Shown here piece by piece: positions 61,884 to 64,000 of a DNA stretch of 64,000 nt. The notes under the pieces are model-generated. The model was not told the origin of the DNA and did not search any database. It was given only the letters and a program-made list of their open reading frames with translations. A program made the translations under genes and the position numbers. Source of the stretch: Marsupella aquatica (taxonomy: Eukaryota; Plantae; Marchantiophyta). The stretch spans positions 6,348,963 through 6,412,962 of the forward strand of contig OZ316893.1 in NCBI GenBank assembly GCA_973895155.1, read 5' to 3'. Position 1 is the first letter of the stretch. Each line of letters opens with the position of its first letter.

Positions 61884-64000
61884 TCAATCTTTTGGTTGTC
61901 GAATATCCTCTGGTTCTCTAATTTCTACTTTCCAAATAGTGCGCGTCCGAATAGCTTCCCTTACTTCATCACAGTGAGGTTGATCCCGGATGTAAGGTAG
62001 ACATCTCATCTGTCTTCCCCAATACATAAGTGGCATCCTTTTCTCCAAAAAGCACTGGTTGATTCTGATTGCTTCCCGTAAGATGCCTATGACATCTAAA
62101 CAATTGCACGAGTTGGCGTAGACAGATGGGTAGAATTGTAAGAACATCTCTGTACTCAGCATCTTGTTGTAGGAGGATCGTAATTTCCACTGCACATCCC
62201 GAAAGTAGCGAGTGTAGTTTGTTAGCTGCTGCGTGCTGATGTTGTTCCATACTCGCTGCTTGTCTTCATAAGAAGTGGTTGAAGTAAGGATAACCTTGGG
62301 TCCAGTGGGAATATATGAGTGATCAGGGGTAGTAGACTTGTTGCTCTGTTTTAGAAAAATCAGTAAGAAATCTAAAGCATAAGCGGCTATATTTCCCAAA
62401 TAGGCCAGGATTAAATCCGGGTCATCAACTTCAACATCACCTTGTAGAAACAAAACGGCCAGTATAGGTCGGAAGTAGACTGAATCTGTCCAGTACTCAT
62501 CAAACTGAGCCAACTCCACGCGAGAGGTACCAATCATCCTGAGATCAAAAATGTAGCTAGCCTCTGCTTTCTTCAAATAATAAAACCTCCAGAACTCACT
62601 TATAGGCGGTGTATTGGCATGCATAACCTTACAAGTGGTGACATACTTCTGGACTTGTTGCTCTGGTGTTCTAGGCTCCATTTTATAGATGATAGCGTTT
62701 CTAGGAGTTTGGGTAGAAGAAGTGACAACTGCAACAAGGTTGGGGTTAGATCGCAAGGTTGCATTAACTCTTTCGAATCCCTGATCTGGTGAGTCACAGA
62801 CTGGAATATCATAGGGAAAGAAGTATTCTAGTGTGGATGGAGGATCAGAATCTTCAGAAAAGGGAAATCCTTGCTGAGAGAAGGGCTGTGTGGAGTGCAA
62901 AGATTTATGAGGTAGACTATCAGTAGGCTCATAATTTGAATCAGGACTATAGGGAAACTGAGAGGATGGCAGTGGGGAGCGTGAAGGTTCAGGTCTATCA
63001 AGAAATTCATCGACTATGGAGGTGACTTCTTCTGAACGGCAGCCTAACATAGTAGTTAACTCATGGACAATCTTAAGGCAGGAGTGATGTTCTACAGATG
63101 AGCAGGGAGGAGGCTCTGAATTTGTAGGTGAGGTCTCCTTCAAGTCTGTAGGGGATGGAACTGAGATTTGAGCCACAGTCTTAACAGCAAAAAGTTCCTC
63201 TGTGGAGAGCTGAATTTCTGCTGGAGGTGAAGATGATGGCGAATTCTCATGATCCGGAGATGAAAGTGCAGAAGGAGGAACCTGTGTCACTGCGTCATGG
63301 TGCAATTGCTCAATGGTCTCGTACAGTGAATGAAAGTCACAGTTGAGCAAAGCACACACCTTACTGATCAGGGTCTGATTGGAGTCGTCCTGTGCAAGTC
63401 GAATAGGAAACTTCCCAATTCCTGTGGAAAGGGGTGGTGAGGTGATCCCTGGGTAGTCTATCATCTCAGCATCTGTAGTAAGTGCTTCTAGGTCCATGGG
63501 TACCTCATCTGAAGGACTTGAATTGTGAAGACTTGCCCGGCTGCCTGGAGAAGCTGGCGATATGACGTTTGCCTCTTCTGCTGTAGTAGGCATAATTTCA
63601 TCTTGTTCCCACAACTTGGAGATTTCTTCCATAAGATAATCTCTCTCCATCACCTCCTCAGGAAGTGAGCAATCAAAAGCGGAGTATAGCTGGGCTAGAT
63701 AGTTTTGCAGTTGAGTTGATTGATTCGCCCTTAATGTCCGAAGTTGATCCCTCACAACATTGAAAAATACCAAAGCCCAATTGACCTTTACTCTACCACT
63801 GTGCGCAGCGATGATGGTATTGGCCAGAGAAATGGAGCAACCAGTTGGTTTCTTGGGATGAAAAATAGGAACCAAAAATTCCAAAAGAATTCTTAGCTCC
63901 AAATGATTGCATTGACTCACATTCCAGCCATTTCTCTTATTCCGGGTACCTGAAAAGTATGGAGTTGATGTATCATCCTTGGGCGAAAGTAGCGCTTCTC
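61884..64000 (-). CDS. Long intronless retroelement-associated accessory ORF of unknown function, open at the window edge
   Basis: ORF of at least 678 aa. The N-terminal LEFLVPIFHPKKP...SLANTIIAA..G..VNWA segment resembles bryophyte gypsy-associated ORFs (from recall). 60709-61520 may be the adjoining LTR. Confidence 0.5.
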   Translation of the reverse strand, partial: EALLSPKDDTSTPYFSGTRNKRNGWNVSQCNHLELRILLEFLVPIFHPKKPTGCSISLANTIIAAHSGRVKVNWALVFFNVVRDQLRTLRANQSTQLQNYLAQLYSAFDCSLPEEVMERDYLMEEISKLWEQDEIMPTTAEEANVISPASPGSRASLHNSSPSDEVPMDLEALTTDAEMIDYPGITSPPLSTGIGKFPIRLAQDDSNQTLISKVCALLNCDFHSLYETIEQLHHDAVTQVPPSALSSPDHENSPSSSPPAEIQLSTEELFAVKTVAQISVPSPTDLKETSPTNSEPPPCSSVEHHSCLKIVHELTTMLGCRSEEVTSIVDEFLDRPEPSRSPLPSSQFPYSPDSNYEPTDSLPHKSLHSTQPFSQQGFPFSEDSDPPSTLEYFFPYDIPVCDSPDQGFERVNATLRSNPNLVAVVTSSTQTPRNAIIYKMEPRTPEQQVQKYVTTCKVMHANTPPISEFWRFYYLKKAEASYIFDLRMIGTSRVELAQFDEYWTDSVYFRPILAVLFLQGDVEVDDPDLILAYLGNIAAYALDFLLIFLKQSNKSTTPDHSYIPTGPKVILTSTTSYEDKQRVWNNISTQQLTNYTRYFRDVQWKLRSSYNKMLSTEMFLQFYPSVYANSCNCLDVIGILREAIRINQCFLEKRMPLMYWGRQMRCLPYIRDQPHCDEVREAIRTRTIWKVEIREPEDIRQPKD

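Overview
A transposon-dense window of a land-plant nuclear genome. Spliceosomal GT-AG introns, TTTAGGG tracts and a plant RBR gene support this; a non-seed plant is likely but inferred. The one clear host gene is a multi-exon RETINOBLASTOMA-RELATED gene (34.4-43.6 kb, minus strand). The standout region is about 0.3-19 kb, which looks like a large cargo-carrying DNA transposon with three parts. First, a Sola-like/DUF7869 DDD transposase. Second, two divergently oriented, intron-containing paralogues that each fuse a ParB/Srx-like domain to a prokaryote-type beta-class amino (6mA/4mC) DNA methyltransferase: one keeps a DIPY catalytic motif, the other is catalytically degenerate and appears further fused to an FCP1-like HAD phosphatase. 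Third, three tandem arrays with unrelated unit lengths, all built around one ~25-bp palindrome (TTGGAYAGRGA-TCA-TCYCTRTCCAA); two of them fill introns of the second gene almost edge to edge. This copy is decayed (stops, frameshifts, a MITE insertion). It appears nested in a P-element-like transposon (19-28.6 kb) carrying PHD-finger and BRCT cargo, which itself interrupts a copia remnant. Two copies of a ~245-bp MITE with 8-bp TSDs disrupt both transposases. The right half holds a TIR element and a Helitron-type end upstream of RBR, an intact young Ty1/copia (matching 457-bp LTRs, TAGGC TSD, in-frame stop between gag and pol) and retroelement-associated ORFs. All family assignments come from motif recognition by eye, not database searches.
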